DNA of 64,000 bases from Candidatus Bathyarchaeota archaeon (GCA_963714275.1 CAVQNT010000002.1:160001-224000); one strand, 5' to 3'; counted from the first letter of the stretch, positions 20,838 through 30,417 are shown. A program made the numbers and translations. The notes: generated by a model from the letters alone, not told the origin.

Positions 20838-21269
20838 TTGGCGAAGAAAATGAACAAGAAATTCTCGTCTTGGGGCTACTCTCTTCAAAAGATCACCACC
20901 AAGTTGGCGACCTACCGTCCGTCCCGCTTTTTCATAGCCGCAATCGCCATGTCTGCAGCCATCTTTCTGTTGGGAGGCGGAATCTACGACATCCTCATGG
21001 AGCCTGTTGCAGCGATTCCCTTGGGGTCGGGAAGGTTCCTTTCCTTCATTCCTTACCAGATTCATGAGCAGCTGCTTATGGGCAGTCTGGCGGTCATGAT
21101 CCTTTATGCCTTGGGGACAACGGGGTTGTTGCTGATTTACCGCAGCACAAGATACGTTCGTAACCCGCGCCAAGTTTCGTTTCTCACAAAGATCGGCGTC
21201 GCGTTCATTCTCGTGTCCTTTGCAGCTATTGAAATCGTGCTCTATTGGATTCTGAACTACCAATCGTAA
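20838..21269 (+). CDS. OSTC/DC2 (OST3/OST6 family)-like oligosaccharyltransferase accessory subunit
   Basis: Three TM helices; FLLGGGIYDILMEP...F.PY....Q..M.SL....LY.LG..GL resembles eukaryotic OSTC (recalled from memory, not aligned). Confidence 0.7.
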   Translation: MAKKMNKKFSSWGYSLQKITTKLATYRPSRFFIAAIAMSAAIFLLGGGIYDILMEPVAAIPLGSGRFLSFIPYQIHEQLLMGSLAVMILYALGTTGLLLIYRSTRYVRNPRQVSFLTKIGVAFILVSFAAIEIVLYWILNYQS

Positions 21270-21376
21270 AGCTGAAGTTTGCTTCCGAGTCATTCTTGCA
21301 CATTACTTCAGGTTAAAAACTATATTAATGATGAGCCTTCTGTATTTTCTTGTTGACTGACGAATAAGGTTTAAGG

Positions 21377-22426
21377 GTGGCTGTATCCGTGAGAACCATT
21401 GAATGGAAAGACGGCGTCGTCGTAACGATTGACCAAACAGTTCTCCCCAGAAAAGAAGTCTGGATCGAACTGAAAACGTGCCAGCAAGTGGCTTCAGCCC
21501 TCAAAGAAATGAAGATTAGAGGAGCACCCCTAATCGGCGTGGCAACAGCCTACGGCGTAGCCTTAACAGCTCACCATTCAAAGGCGCAAAAAAAGGAAGA
21601 TTTTATACGGGAACTCGAAGACGCTGCAGAGACCATAAAAAACACACGGCCAACTGCTGTGAATCTGTTCTGGGCTGCTGACAGGATTCTGAAAGCGGCA
21701 AGAGAAACAAGGGGCGATGTTGAGGACATAAAAAAGGCAGTCGTTGCTGAAGCCCAGAAAATGGCTGACGAGGACGCAGCGGTTAACCGTAGAATCGGAA
21801 AACATGGCGCAAAACTGATTAAAGATGGCGACACGGTTTTGACTCATTGTAATGCTGGAAGCTTGGCGACCGTTGACTACGGCACAGTCTTAGCTGTCGT
21901 TAGGGCTGCGTGGGAAGAAGGAAAACGTTTTAAGGTCATCGCAGACGAAACTCGACCGTTGCTTCAAGGCGCAAGGCTCACCGCGTTTGAGCTTATGAGA
22001 GACGGCATTCCAGTAACTTTAATCACGGACAACATGGCTGGCTACTTTATGTCTAAAGGTCTAATTAGTAAGGTCATTGTCGGCGCTGACAGAATCGTTT
22101 GTGACGCTGTAATAAACAAAATAGGCACCTATACCGTCGCGGTTCTGGCTCATGAACACGGCATCCCATTCTATGTTGCTGCGCCAACCTCAACATTTGA
22201 CCTTTCAGAGAAAGCCAAAGACGTGACAATAGAAGAAAGAAACCCAACCGAAGTAACCCACATAAGCTCAGTAAGAATAGCACCTGAGGGCGTAAAGGTT
22301 ATGAATCCAGCCTTTGATGTTACGCCAATAAAATACGTGACCGCCATTGTCTGCGAAGAAGGAGTTTTAACCCGTAGGAAGTTTCAAAATCGCGTCGAAA
22401 ACAAGTTTAAACAGAATTCACTTTAG
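21377..22426 (+). CDS. mtnA: S-methyl-5-thioribose-1-phosphate isomerase (eIF2B-like family)
   Basis: IDQT.LP, IRGAPLIG, TRPTAVNL, LTHCNAGSLAT, ETRPLLQGARLT, NKIGTY, NPAFDVTP. Confidence 0.93.
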   Translation: MAVSVRTIEWKDGVVVTIDQTVLPRKEVWIELKTCQQVASALKEMKIRGAPLIGVATAYGVALTAHHSKAQKKEDFIRELEDAAETIKNTRPTAVNLFWAADRILKAARETRGDVEDIKKAVVAEAQKMADEDAAVNRRIGKHGAKLIKDGDTVLTHCNAGSLATVDYGTVLAVVRAAWEEGKRFKVIADETRPLLQGARLTAFELMRDGIPVTLITDNMAGYFMSKGLISKVIVGADRIVCDAVINKIGTYTVAVLAHEHGIPFYVAAPTSTFDLSEKAKDVTIEERNPTEVTHISSVRIAPEGVKVMNPAFDVTPIKYVTAIVCEEGVLTRRKFQNRVENKFKQNSL

Positions 22427-22436
22427 GAGAACAGTT

Positions 22437-23006
22437 ATGTCAACAAATATCGATAACGGTAAAGCTGAGGAAAAAGAAGAAAAGGTCCTTCTAAAGGTCT
22501 TACTAAAGGATGAAGGTGTTTGGGTTCCTTCCTCAGAGGACACTGAGGGTCTTACGTCCCGCGGGTATGGGACTCCCCAAAACAGCAATGTTCTCCTTAA
22601 TTATTGTGAAGCCCTTTACCTGATGGACAAGGGCATAATCGAGGTTAAGGACGAAGAGACCGAGTCACAGGTCAGTTTTCAGCAGCTCCTAACCAGAGCC
22701 CGAACCGTCGATGGGGACGCTTGGGTGCGGTACCTCCTCTATCGGGACCTCAGAAGCAGGGGCTACGTTGTCAGGGAAGGGTTCGGCTTAGGCATCGACT
22801 TCAGAGTCTACAAAAGAGGCGAGTACGGCAAATCCATCGCGGACTATCTAGTCCTTGGAATAAAAGAGGGGCAACCTGTCGCTATTGAGGACCTTGCGAG
22901 AATATTGTCGCGGGCACAAGGTCTGAAAAAAACATTGATCCTTTCGGTTCTGAACAGAAGAGGCGAAATTGTCTATTACACTCTTTCGCGTTTGGCTTTC
23001 AAGTAA
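22437..23006 (+). CDS. endA: tRNA-intron endonuclease subunit
   Basis: EALYL, YRDLRSRGYVVREGFGLGIDFRVYKRG, KKTLILSV...IVYY. Confidence 0.9.
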   Translation: MSTNIDNGKAEEKEEKVLLKVLLKDEGVWVPSSEDTEGLTSRGYGTPQNSNVLLNYCEALYLMDKGIIEVKDEETESQVSFQQLLTRARTVDGDAWVRYLLYRDLRSRGYVVREGFGLGIDFRVYKRGEYGKSIADYLVLGIKEGQPVAIEDLARILSRAQGLKKTLILSVLNRRGEIVYYTLSRLAFK

Positions 23007-23127
23007 TCTGTATTATTTTTCTGTTTCCTCTAAAATGGATTATCTTCATTAATAATCTTTTTTGACCATAAAATATAAATACTAAGAATGTAGAAATTTA
23101 ATACGTTAAAAATAGGAGATTAGTTCT

Positions 23128-24518
23128 ATGAATATAGAAAATAAAAACATTAAACAGTCCTCACAAAAAGAAAACAATGAAGAAAACACTGAATTCACTG
23201 TTGATCAGATGGCAGGAGCCATGAAAGCTTTAGCGTACCCCCAGCGGATCAGGATTCTTCAATCACTTTCCCAAAAAGGCATGTATTTCTCTGAGCTGTC
23301 CAGGCTAACTGGACTGAAGACAACAGCGTTGAACAGCAACCTTAACATTCTCGTGGACGCTGAGCTAATAACCCAAGAACACAAAAAAGGCCGCTACTTG
23401 GCAACAGAAACTGGAAAACAATTGCTGTCAGCCTTGTCCAACGTCCTCAGCGGCATGTCGCCCACAGCGTCAGACTACATAAAACAGTACCATCGGCTGT
23501 ACAGTTTAACTCGCGCACGAAAACAGGTGCTGGAAGGCGTGTCAACGCTTGGTTGGGGGAAAGATGTCGAATGCACCTTCTTTGGCGCCCTAGACGCGAC
23601 ACTGCGTTTCCTCAAAGAACCAGTCGACTACACCTACCTGATGGGAGTTTCAGCCGCCGCGTTTCGCTTCAGCTTCCATCAGCCTGATTGGTGTCCAAGT
23701 TCGCCAGATGCAGCAGTTAACGAAACCTATGCATGGCAAGCTTTGAAGGTTGTAGGCTACAAGGGGCAATTCTTGAACACTGAAATGATAGGTCAAAAAG
23801 AGATCAACCAAACGATTAGGGACGAAATTGACAAGGGCATACCTGTCGTCGCGATAGACATGGTTCAAGTTGCAGACTGGGGAGTCGTCACCGGGTATCA
23901 GAACGGGAAGCTGATCTGTCGAAGCTATTGGGACAAGGGAGACGAATATTCAGTCGCTGAGAAGGAGCCGTGGGCAATTCTCAAAATAGAGAAAATAGGA
24001 CCATCTCCACCTAAGATTAACAGCATCAGGGAATCAATCAAATTGGCTGTTGAGTCTCAAGGAAAAAGGAGATTGACCACTACGCGAATGGTTTAGCAGC
24101 TTACGATGCTTGGATGAGGGACCTAGAAAACGAAACGTCGTTCAGAGGAATGAACGATGCGACCTTCATGCACTATTGGCACGTGAATGGCTGGGTCTAC
24201 GACAGCCTCTTCGATGCAAGGGTCGCGGCTACCAGATACCTCCAAGCAGTGAAGGAAGAGTTCTCAGGAAAAGAAAAGACGGTAATCAGCGACGCTGTCC
24301 AAAGATTCGAGGACATAATGAAGACCCTGTTTGACAACTGGATACACTTCCCCATGCCCTCATGGGTGAGAAAGGACGAGAAAAAAACGTGGACTCCAAA
24401 AGGAATGATAGATGCCAACACTTGGACCGAGGACATGAGAAAAAACGGCGTCAACGCGTTAAGAACCATAAAACGTAAAGAAGAACAAGCGTTCGAAGTG
24501 CTATCAAGCATAAGTTGA
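23128..24518 (+). CDS. ArsR-type HTH fused to a BtrH/C39-like papain-fold region (frameshift near 24070)
   Basis: ALAYPQRIRIL..FSELS..LNSNLNIL (ArsR); DYTYLMGVSAAAFRF, EIDKGIPVVA, DWGVVTGY; continues in ORF 24114-24518. Confidence 0.7.
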
Positions 24519-24532
24519 GTGCCCATTAACCA

Positions 24533-24551
24533 TCCCCCTTTTTTTAGGGGA
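24533..24551. terminator. Hairpin with T-tract downstream of the ArsR fusion gene
   Basis: TCCCC...GGGGA stem enclosing a T7 run, 15 nt after the stop. Confidence 0.45.
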
Positions 24552-24645
24552 CATTTATGAAAAACTTGGACTACAAGAAGTGCTTAATAAAAAAAAGGAA
24601 GCCACTTGTCAACATTGTAGTCTAGTTCATAAGGAAAGAGCTTTT

Positions 24646-24665
24646 TATTCTATTACAATAGAATA
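24646..24665. promoter_or_regulatory. Perfect 9-bp inverted repeat upstream of hisS
   Basis: TATTCTATT-AC-AATAGAATA, about 37 nt before the hisS start. Confidence 0.4.
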
Positions 24666-24701
24666 TGCAGCTTATTAGATGATGTTGATTTCACAGAACA
24701 G

Positions 24702-26030
24702 GTGTTAACTTTGGCTTCAGAATTCCGCCGAACAGTGCGGGGCATGAGAGACCTTGTTGCTGACGAAGCTGAAAGGCTGAGGTTCATTGAACAAAAAGCC
24801 AGAGAAGTGTCTAGACTCTTTGGATTCCGCGAAGTCATCACCCCTCTTGTTGAACACTACGAGCTTCTGGCTGCCAAGGTGGGCGAGGACAACAGGAAAC
24901 GCATGTACGTCTTCGACGACCTCGGTGGACGAAAGGTTGCCCTAAGACCGGAGTTCACAGCCTCAATAGCTAGGCTTGTGGCGACAAAAATGCAGAGTTT
25001 CCCGAGACCGTTGAGGTTGTTTTCTGTTGGCAGCCTGTACCGTTATGATGAACCCCAGTTTGGAAGATACCGCGAATTTTGGCAAGCCAACTACGAGCTT
25101 TTTGGCTCCAGCAAACCTGAAGCTGACGCTGAAATTTTGGCTTTAACGGACAGTTTATTGGAGGAGATTGGGCTTCGGGGCTACTACTTTAAGGTTGGTC
25201 ACGTTGGAATCTTGCGTAGCATTCTAAGCCATGACGGAATCGCTGAAGACCAGCAGAACAGCATAATGCAGCTCTTGGATAAGAAACAGTATGAAGATGT
25301 GCTTGAAGCGACCAAGAAGGCTGGAAGCCCTAAAAGCAGCTTAGATACTTTGGATTCGCTTTTCGAAACAAAAGGAAATGATTCTGAGACTGTTACTGCT
25401 GAAATAGGCGAAATCGTTAAAGACTACCCCGAGGCTTCGAAGGCAGCAAGGAACCTGAGTGAAATTCTAGGCTTGTTGAAAGCTGGTAGTGTAGAAGTGA
25501 ATTTTGTCATCGAAGCTGGATTCGCGAGAGGTTTAGAATATTACACGGGGATGGTCTTCGAAATTTACGCGTCAGGTATGGACATTGCTGTCGGAGGGGG
25601 CGGTCGCTACGACAAACTCATAGAGTCGTTCAGCGGAGGGCAGGTTCCCGCGGTAGGTGTTGCGCCGGGAATTGACCGTTTGTCGCTTGCGTTACAGAAA
25701 CAAGAGTCTTCTTTGTCCACGATTGAAAAAGTGGTGGAGCCTGAAAATCGTATATTGGTTGTCGCAGTCGACGGTTCGATGCTTGGAGAAGCCTTCAAGG
25801 TTGCGTCAAGGCTCAGAAAAGAAAGCGGCGTTACAGTTGAGCTTGAGACCATGGGGCGTTCTGTTTCTAAGGCGCTTTCTGATGCGGATAGACGCGGAAT
25901 CACCCACGCGGTTATCGTGGGTTCGAGGGAAATGAAGGAAAAGAAGGTCGTTTTACGCGATATGAGCGAAAGGACCCAAGAAACAATTGCCATTGAACAG
26001 CTTTTGGCGAATTTTGGTAAGCAAGGTTAA
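24702..26030 (+). CDS. hisS: Histidine--tRNA ligase
   Basis: VRGMRD, LRPEFTAS, YRYDEPQFGRYREFWQ, RGLEYYTG, GGGRYD. Confidence 0.97.
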   Translation: MLTLASEFRRTVRGMRDLVADEAERLRFIEQKAREVSRLFGFREVITPLVEHYELLAAKVGEDNRKRMYVFDDLGGRKVALRPEFTASIARLVATKMQSFPRPLRLFSVGSLYRYDEPQFGRYREFWQANYELFGSSKPEADAEILALTDSLLEEIGLRGYYFKVGHVGILRSILSHDGIAEDQQNSIMQLLDKKQYEDVLEATKKAGSPKSSLDTLDSLFETKGNDSETVTAEIGEIVKDYPEASKAARNLSEILGLLKAGSVEVNFVIEAGFARGLEYYTGMVFEIYASGMDIAVGGGGRYDKLIESFSGGQVPAVGVAPGIDRLSLALQKQESSLSTIEKVVEPENRILVVAVDGSMLGEAFKVASRLRKESGVTVELETMGRSVSKALSDADRRGITHAVIVGSREMKEKKVVLRDMSERTQETIAIEQLLANFGKQG

Positions 26031-26035
26031 AAAAA

Positions 26036-26707
26036 ATGAACTTGCGATTAGTCGCCAGTTTTCTTCTTCTTGTTTCTTTGGTTTTACCGTGGAAAATTAC
26101 TTGGGGAACTAACGAGTCTGGGGCGGCAACATCGTGGTTCACCATCCTTGAGTTTCCCTTTATGGTAGAATACGTGATGATTTATGGTCCGCAAGAAACA
26201 TGGACAACATGGGAATTATATAAGTCAATCCCGAAATACCTTGGCACAGCGCTTGTCCTATTAGGCGCAATTCTAAGTCTTTGGGGAAGCACCAAACGGA
26301 AACAGGGCAACCTTGTCGAGTGGGGCGGAATTTCCAGTTTGGTTGGATTAGTGTTATTCTCGGGCTCCGGATATGAAGAAGTTTTTATCCAATACACGCT
26401 CTTCCAAACTTACGCTAGTCTTCCCATCGGGATGTTTATTCCCGTAATTTTCTGGATTCTAATTTTCGTTTATCCTCAAAAGACAAGACAACACGTTACG
26501 AAGATTCCCTTCATTAAATCTGGATTTTTCTGCGGCGAATGCGGAAAGGAAATTTCGTCTGAATCTAGGTTTTGTCCCTTCTGTGGAAAAGAAAACAAAA
26601 AGATAATGTGTAAATCGTGTAGCGTGAACATCTCGGTTCAAAATGCCTTTTGTCCCCATTGTGGCAGTAAAATCCAGAGAGAACCTGAAAAAGCATTGGT
26701 CCTTTAG
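26036..26707 (+). CDS. Membrane protein with C-terminal double zinc ribbon
   Basis: About four hydrophobic segments; CGEC..CPFC..CKSC..CPHC. Confidence 0.8.
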   Translation: MNLRLVASFLLLVSLVLPWKITWGTNESGAATSWFTILEFPFMVEYVMIYGPQETWTTWELYKSIPKYLGTALVLLGAILSLWGSTKRKQGNLVEWGGISSLVGLVLFSGSGYEEVFIQYTLFQTYASLPIGMFIPVIFWILIFVYPQKTRQHVTKIPFIKSGFFCGECGKEISSESRFCPFCGKENKKIMCKSCSVNISVQNAFCPHCGSKIQREPEKALVL

Positions 26708-26771
26708 GTTTTTTGATGCAAGTTTTCCTTAGGTTCATCAGCTCTAATTTTTATCCATCTAGCCAGCTGAC

Positions 26772-27064
26772 ATGGAAGAAACTGAACTACTGAGCATACT
26801 GCATAAACGCTCACCAAAGATGATGAAGATAATGGTCACAGGCTATCCAGTCTCGAAAACGCCATGAAGTCATTGAACGTTAGCGCTGACGCCTATGTTG
26901 TCAAGCCTGTTGAGCCAAGCGAACTGGTTAGGATTGTTCAAGCCAAGCTTATGGAGCAGGAAGATGCAGAAGGCATGAGTCAGGAAAAGACAGACGACTG
27001 GATAACGTTGCGGCTTCAGAAGCTCGAAAAAAAACAAAATACAATAAAACATTATCTTTCCTGA
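26772..27064 (+). pseudogene. Response-regulator receiver domain remnant
   Basis: MEETELLSIL..SPKMMKIMVTGYP, then a frameshift, then LENAMKSLN.SADAYVVKP; the N-terminal DD and phospho-Asp region is missing. Confidence 0.7.
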
Positions 27065-27267
27065 TTCCGCTCAGCATGTTCAGAAACAATTAGATTAGGT
27101 ATTTGAACATCAAAGTACTCAAAGCCTATTCCTTACAATCCTGCTAAAAGCGTGATTAAAGCTAGTAATATAACCCCAAAAAGGAACTATAAAAAATGGA
27201 TAGCTGACTTATTGAGGAACAGCAAACAAATAAGTGGTATTTGCCACCCAGTTAGAAGGCGCTGTTT

Positions 27268-27720
27268 ATGGGTGAGGAGAAGCCAAAAATCGAGGATTTA
27301 GTTAAACGCATCGACGACCTAATTCGGGTCCTAAAATTTCTTTCAGAGGACCTTGCCAACATATCGACAAACCTGAAAGCTGGTTTAGGCAGTCATCCGC
27401 CGTCTCAGGCAGCTGAACCTTCAAGGCCTCTTCCTCAACCAAAATCTTCGCAGCAAACAATACCCGTCACTGAGCCTTCAGCCGCTCCCATCCTAATAGG
27501 CGGTGTAAAGTCAGCTGAGGACGTGCAAAAGGTTTTTCCGCAGGATTTGTCGAGTATGCTGTATTTTGAGGAGACGGACGGGCACGTTCTCGTTAAGCCG
27601 AGGCTTTTCTTGGGTTCAGACAACTTCAGACGCATTGCTAACATCATTCGTGACCAGCTCGGCGGAGAATACGTGAGCGCGGGAAAAGACAGTCACTTTA
27701 GAATTTCAAAAAAAGCTTGA
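27268..27720 (+). CDS. Hypothetical protein (coiled coil, Pro-rich linker, small globular domain)
   Basis: Clean 150-aa ORF; C-terminal KPRLFLGSDNF...GGEYVSAGKDSHF. Confidence 0.75.
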   Translation: MGEEKPKIEDLVKRIDDLIRVLKFLSEDLANISTNLKAGLGSHPPSQAAEPSRPLPQPKSSQQTIPVTEPSAAPILIGGVKSAEDVQKVFPQDLSSMLYFEETDGHVLVKPRLFLGSDNFRRIANIIRDQLGGEYVSAGKDSHFRISKKA

Positions 27721-27728
27721 AACGAAAT

Positions 27729-28097
27729 TTATATGTAGAATATGTCATCTGGGCTTCTTCGGGCTTTTTCTTCAGCTTCTCTTCTCGCTTTCTGTGCTGC
27801 TACGGTTTTGCCTTCTCCCTTCTGGGTTACTTCGATGTCGTATTTTATGAAATCTTCTATGAAACCTATGAGCTTCTTGTTCATGGCTTCTAGTTCCTCG
27901 GGGTTGAATGACACCATTATATCCGGGTTGTTCACCCAGTTCAACCAGCCAAGTATGCTTCTATGCAGCGCATACAACGAAAACCGCATAGACTGAACTA
28001 TGTCTAGCCGATCCTTGTCCTTTTTTTCCGCCATTTTCTCGATTTGTTCAAGAATTCTGGTGCAGGTTTCGGTCCATCCTTCACTCATTAATATCAC
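27729..28097 (-). CDS. DUF2153-like archaeal protein
   Basis: DRLDIV..MRFSL.ALHRSILGWLNW..NP....F..EEL..M.....FIKYDIEVT. Confidence 0.75.
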   Translation of the reverse strand: MILMSEGWTETCTRILEQIEKMAEKKDKDRLDIVQSMRFSLYALHRSILGWLNWVNNPDIMVSFNPEELEAMNKKLIGFIEDFIKYDIEVTQKGEGKTVAAQKARREAEEKARRSPDDIFYI

Positions 28098-28185
28098 CTA
28101 ACTTTTTTTGGACGCTTAATCTGATAAGGCGCATCAACTAACAACTTTCTGTTGATTAATATTCCTTTTGGTAAACTCGACGATT

Positions 28186-28461
28186 TCAGTATTGAACCCG
28201 GAACCTGTCAGACTCTCCTGTCGGCTTTTCCCAAAGCACGTCGACGCTTTTGACCGCAGCACCCGGCGGACCACGATGGCAAAAAGTAATCATGGCTTCA
28301 ACATCTACTTTTTCTCCCTCGAAGACAGCTTCAATCCTTCCGTCGCGCAGGTTTTTGATCCAGCCAGTCACTTTATGCTGGATTGCTTTTGTCCGAGTTT
28401 CGTACCTGAAAAATACGCCTTGAACGTTTCCACTGACGAAAATGTGAGCTCTGGCTTTCAA
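28186..28461 (-). CDS. acyP: Acylphosphatase
   Basis: VSGNVQGVFFR, GWIKNLRDGRIEAVFEG, GPP. Confidence 0.95.
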   Translation of the reverse strand: MKARAHIFVSGNVQGVFFRYETRTKAIQHKVTGWIKNLRDGRIEAVFEGEKVDVEAMITFCHRGPPGAAVKSVDVLWEKPTGESDRFRVQY

Positions 28462-28543
28462 CCTGTTTCGCCCGTTTAGAATTTAGAGTGAACTGATTGT
28501 AAGCTGATGAGCTTTTTCATTGACCAGCTTAAGGGGAGAAAGT

Positions 28544-28876
28544 TTAGGTGACCTTTTGAAACTTGATGTTGCCGTCTGCAAGTTCAACATCGAAGACTTG
28601 GTTTACGTCGAACCTTACGCCTAGCGCTTCATACTCCTGTTCTGTCAAAAATAGAATCATCTTCGGAGAATTGAACTGGGCTTTCACGCCTAACATGGGC
28701 ATCTGTTGCTGCATAGCTTTAAAAACGTCCTGCACCATTCGTGCCTCTTCTGTTGGCGGTCTGATGGCGAAGCTCGGCATTAAGCTTTCTTCAATCAGCT
28801 CCACCCGTTTGCCTAGGTTGCCAGCTGGGTCTTTTATGGATTCTATTCGTTGAACGATGACCCTCATTTCAGTCAT
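28544..28876 (-). CDS. Arcadin-1-like protein
   Basis: V.RIESIKDP.G.LGKRVEL.E...EEARMVQDV....QQ...PK.ILFLTE.EYE.LG..FDVNQVF pattern, recalled for arcadin-1. Confidence 0.7.
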   Translation of the reverse strand: MTEMRVIVQRIESIKDPAGNLGKRVELIEESLMPSFAIRPPTEEARMVQDVFKAMQQQMPMLGVKAQFNSPKMILFLTEQEYEALGVRFDVNQVFDVELADGNIKFQKVT

Positions 28877-28920
28877 TCACCATGTTACATGTTGAGGCAT
28901 GTTGCTTAAAAAGAGGCGCA

Positions 28921-30124
28921 TCACTCCATCTCTATTGTTGCCGGAGGTTTGGATGTCACGTCATAGTAAACAGCTGAGACATTGGAGCATTCCTTAAGAA
29001 TCTGACCTGCTGTTTCTTGAAGGGTCGACAATGGAATATTTGCAACTTCTGCTTTAAGAAAATCTTTTGTCTCGACAGCTCTGACAGAAATTACGTATGG
29101 TTGTTTTCTGTCTCCTTCGCCTACCTCATACAGCACCCGTGTAGCAGACCGCATCTGCGCCAAAACCCTCTGTTGCAGCCCAAACAGTTTTTCTATACTA
29201 GGCTGATACAATTTATCGTTGTCTTTTCGGCATGTCACCGCCACAATTTCGCCATACCTTCGAGCCCTCTGTTTCATGCCAGTGGCTTTATCTAAAAACA
29301 CCTTTATCCAAACCTTTGTTGGGCTTAAATTCAGATATCTGGCTGTTGAATCTACCATTTTTCTCAGGTTCGGGCGAGGATAAATTTCGTCATTATCAAT
29401 GATGGCAGCAAAATACTGGCTTGGCTTATGCTTGGTAAGGTTGCTTTCCGTAATCGAAGTTACTTTCTTAAGCGACGCCAACTTTTCAGGCGTAATTTCT
29501 CCCACGACTCTTACGGAAAGTCCAGGTCCAGGGAAGGGCTGCCTTTCCGAAATTTCAGGCGGGATTTTCATGTATCTGGCTACTTCCCTAACTTGATTTT
29601 TCAGCAGAGTCACTAAGGGTTCGACAACCTTGAATCCATAGAGTTCCCGCGTGCTGATGCCCATCTGTTCGAGGACGTTGTGTTGGGTCTTTATTCCGCC
29701 TTTAGTCTCGATGATGTCTGCGAGGATTGTGCCTTGAACCATAAACTGGCTTCCCTCGCGTTTCGCTATGTCGCTTAGGGTCTCATAGAAAGTTTTCCTG
29801 AAGGCTTTCCGTTTCTCTTCGGCGTCTCTCAGTCCGCTGAGTGCCTTTAAGAATCTTTCTTGTACCCGTTCAATCTTCATTGGGAGGTTCAAAGGGGGCT
29901 GCGAGAGGAGCTCTGAGACTTTTTCGGGTTCGCCTTCTCGCATGAACGCGTCGTCCAGTATGACGCAGATGAGGTTTTCGCCTATTGCTTGATGGACCAA
30001 TACAGCGCACGTTGAGTCTGTCTACTCCGCCTGAAACTGCTATTACGGCTTTCTCGTTGCCTATGACTGCTTTTATTTCTTTTATTTGGTTCTTAACAAA
30101 GTTTTTCGCACTAAAACCTTTCAT
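28921..30124 (-). CDS. guaAB: GMP synthase ATP-pyrophosphatase subunit B (frameshift near 30015)
   Basis: AVSGGVD(S) PP-loop, QGTILAD.IE, IKTQHNV, RQPFPGPGL, YYDVTSKPPATIE. Confidence 0.92.
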
Positions 30125-30218
30125 GTGACAACACTCTCTTTTTTTGGATGTCGTAATCCTCAATCAAGATTTGATATACACTCTATTTTAATAGCAAATT
30201 CTTTTAAACTTAAGTTTT

Positions 30219-30243
30219 ATACATAGTATTAATATTAATGTAT
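30219..30243. promoter_or_regulatory. Palindromic putative operator upstream of the small RHH gene
   Basis: ATACAT-N13-ATGTAT overlapping the perfect palindrome ATTAATATTAAT (30228-30239). Confidence 0.4.
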
Positions 30244-30273
30244 TCGCGCATGTTATGTTGAGGCGTAAGCTGT

Positions 30274-30417
30274 ATGAAGCTTGTAACGGTCCTACTTCCC
30301 GAAGCTTATCTTGAAGGTCTCGATGAACTCGTCAGGCAAAACATGTACCCAAGCCGAAGCGCAGCCATCCGAGCTGCAGTACGCGACCTCCTAAGAAGAG
30401 AACTGTGGACCAGATAG
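30274..30417 (+). CDS. Small ribbon-helix-helix regulator, CdrS/aCcr1-like (47 aa; absent from the ORF track)
   Basis: MKLVTVLLPEAYLEGLDELVRQNMYPSRSAAIRAAVRDLLRRELWTR*. Confidence 0.88.
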   Translation: MKLVTVLLPEAYLEGLDELVRQNMYPSRSAAIRAAVRDLLRRELWTR

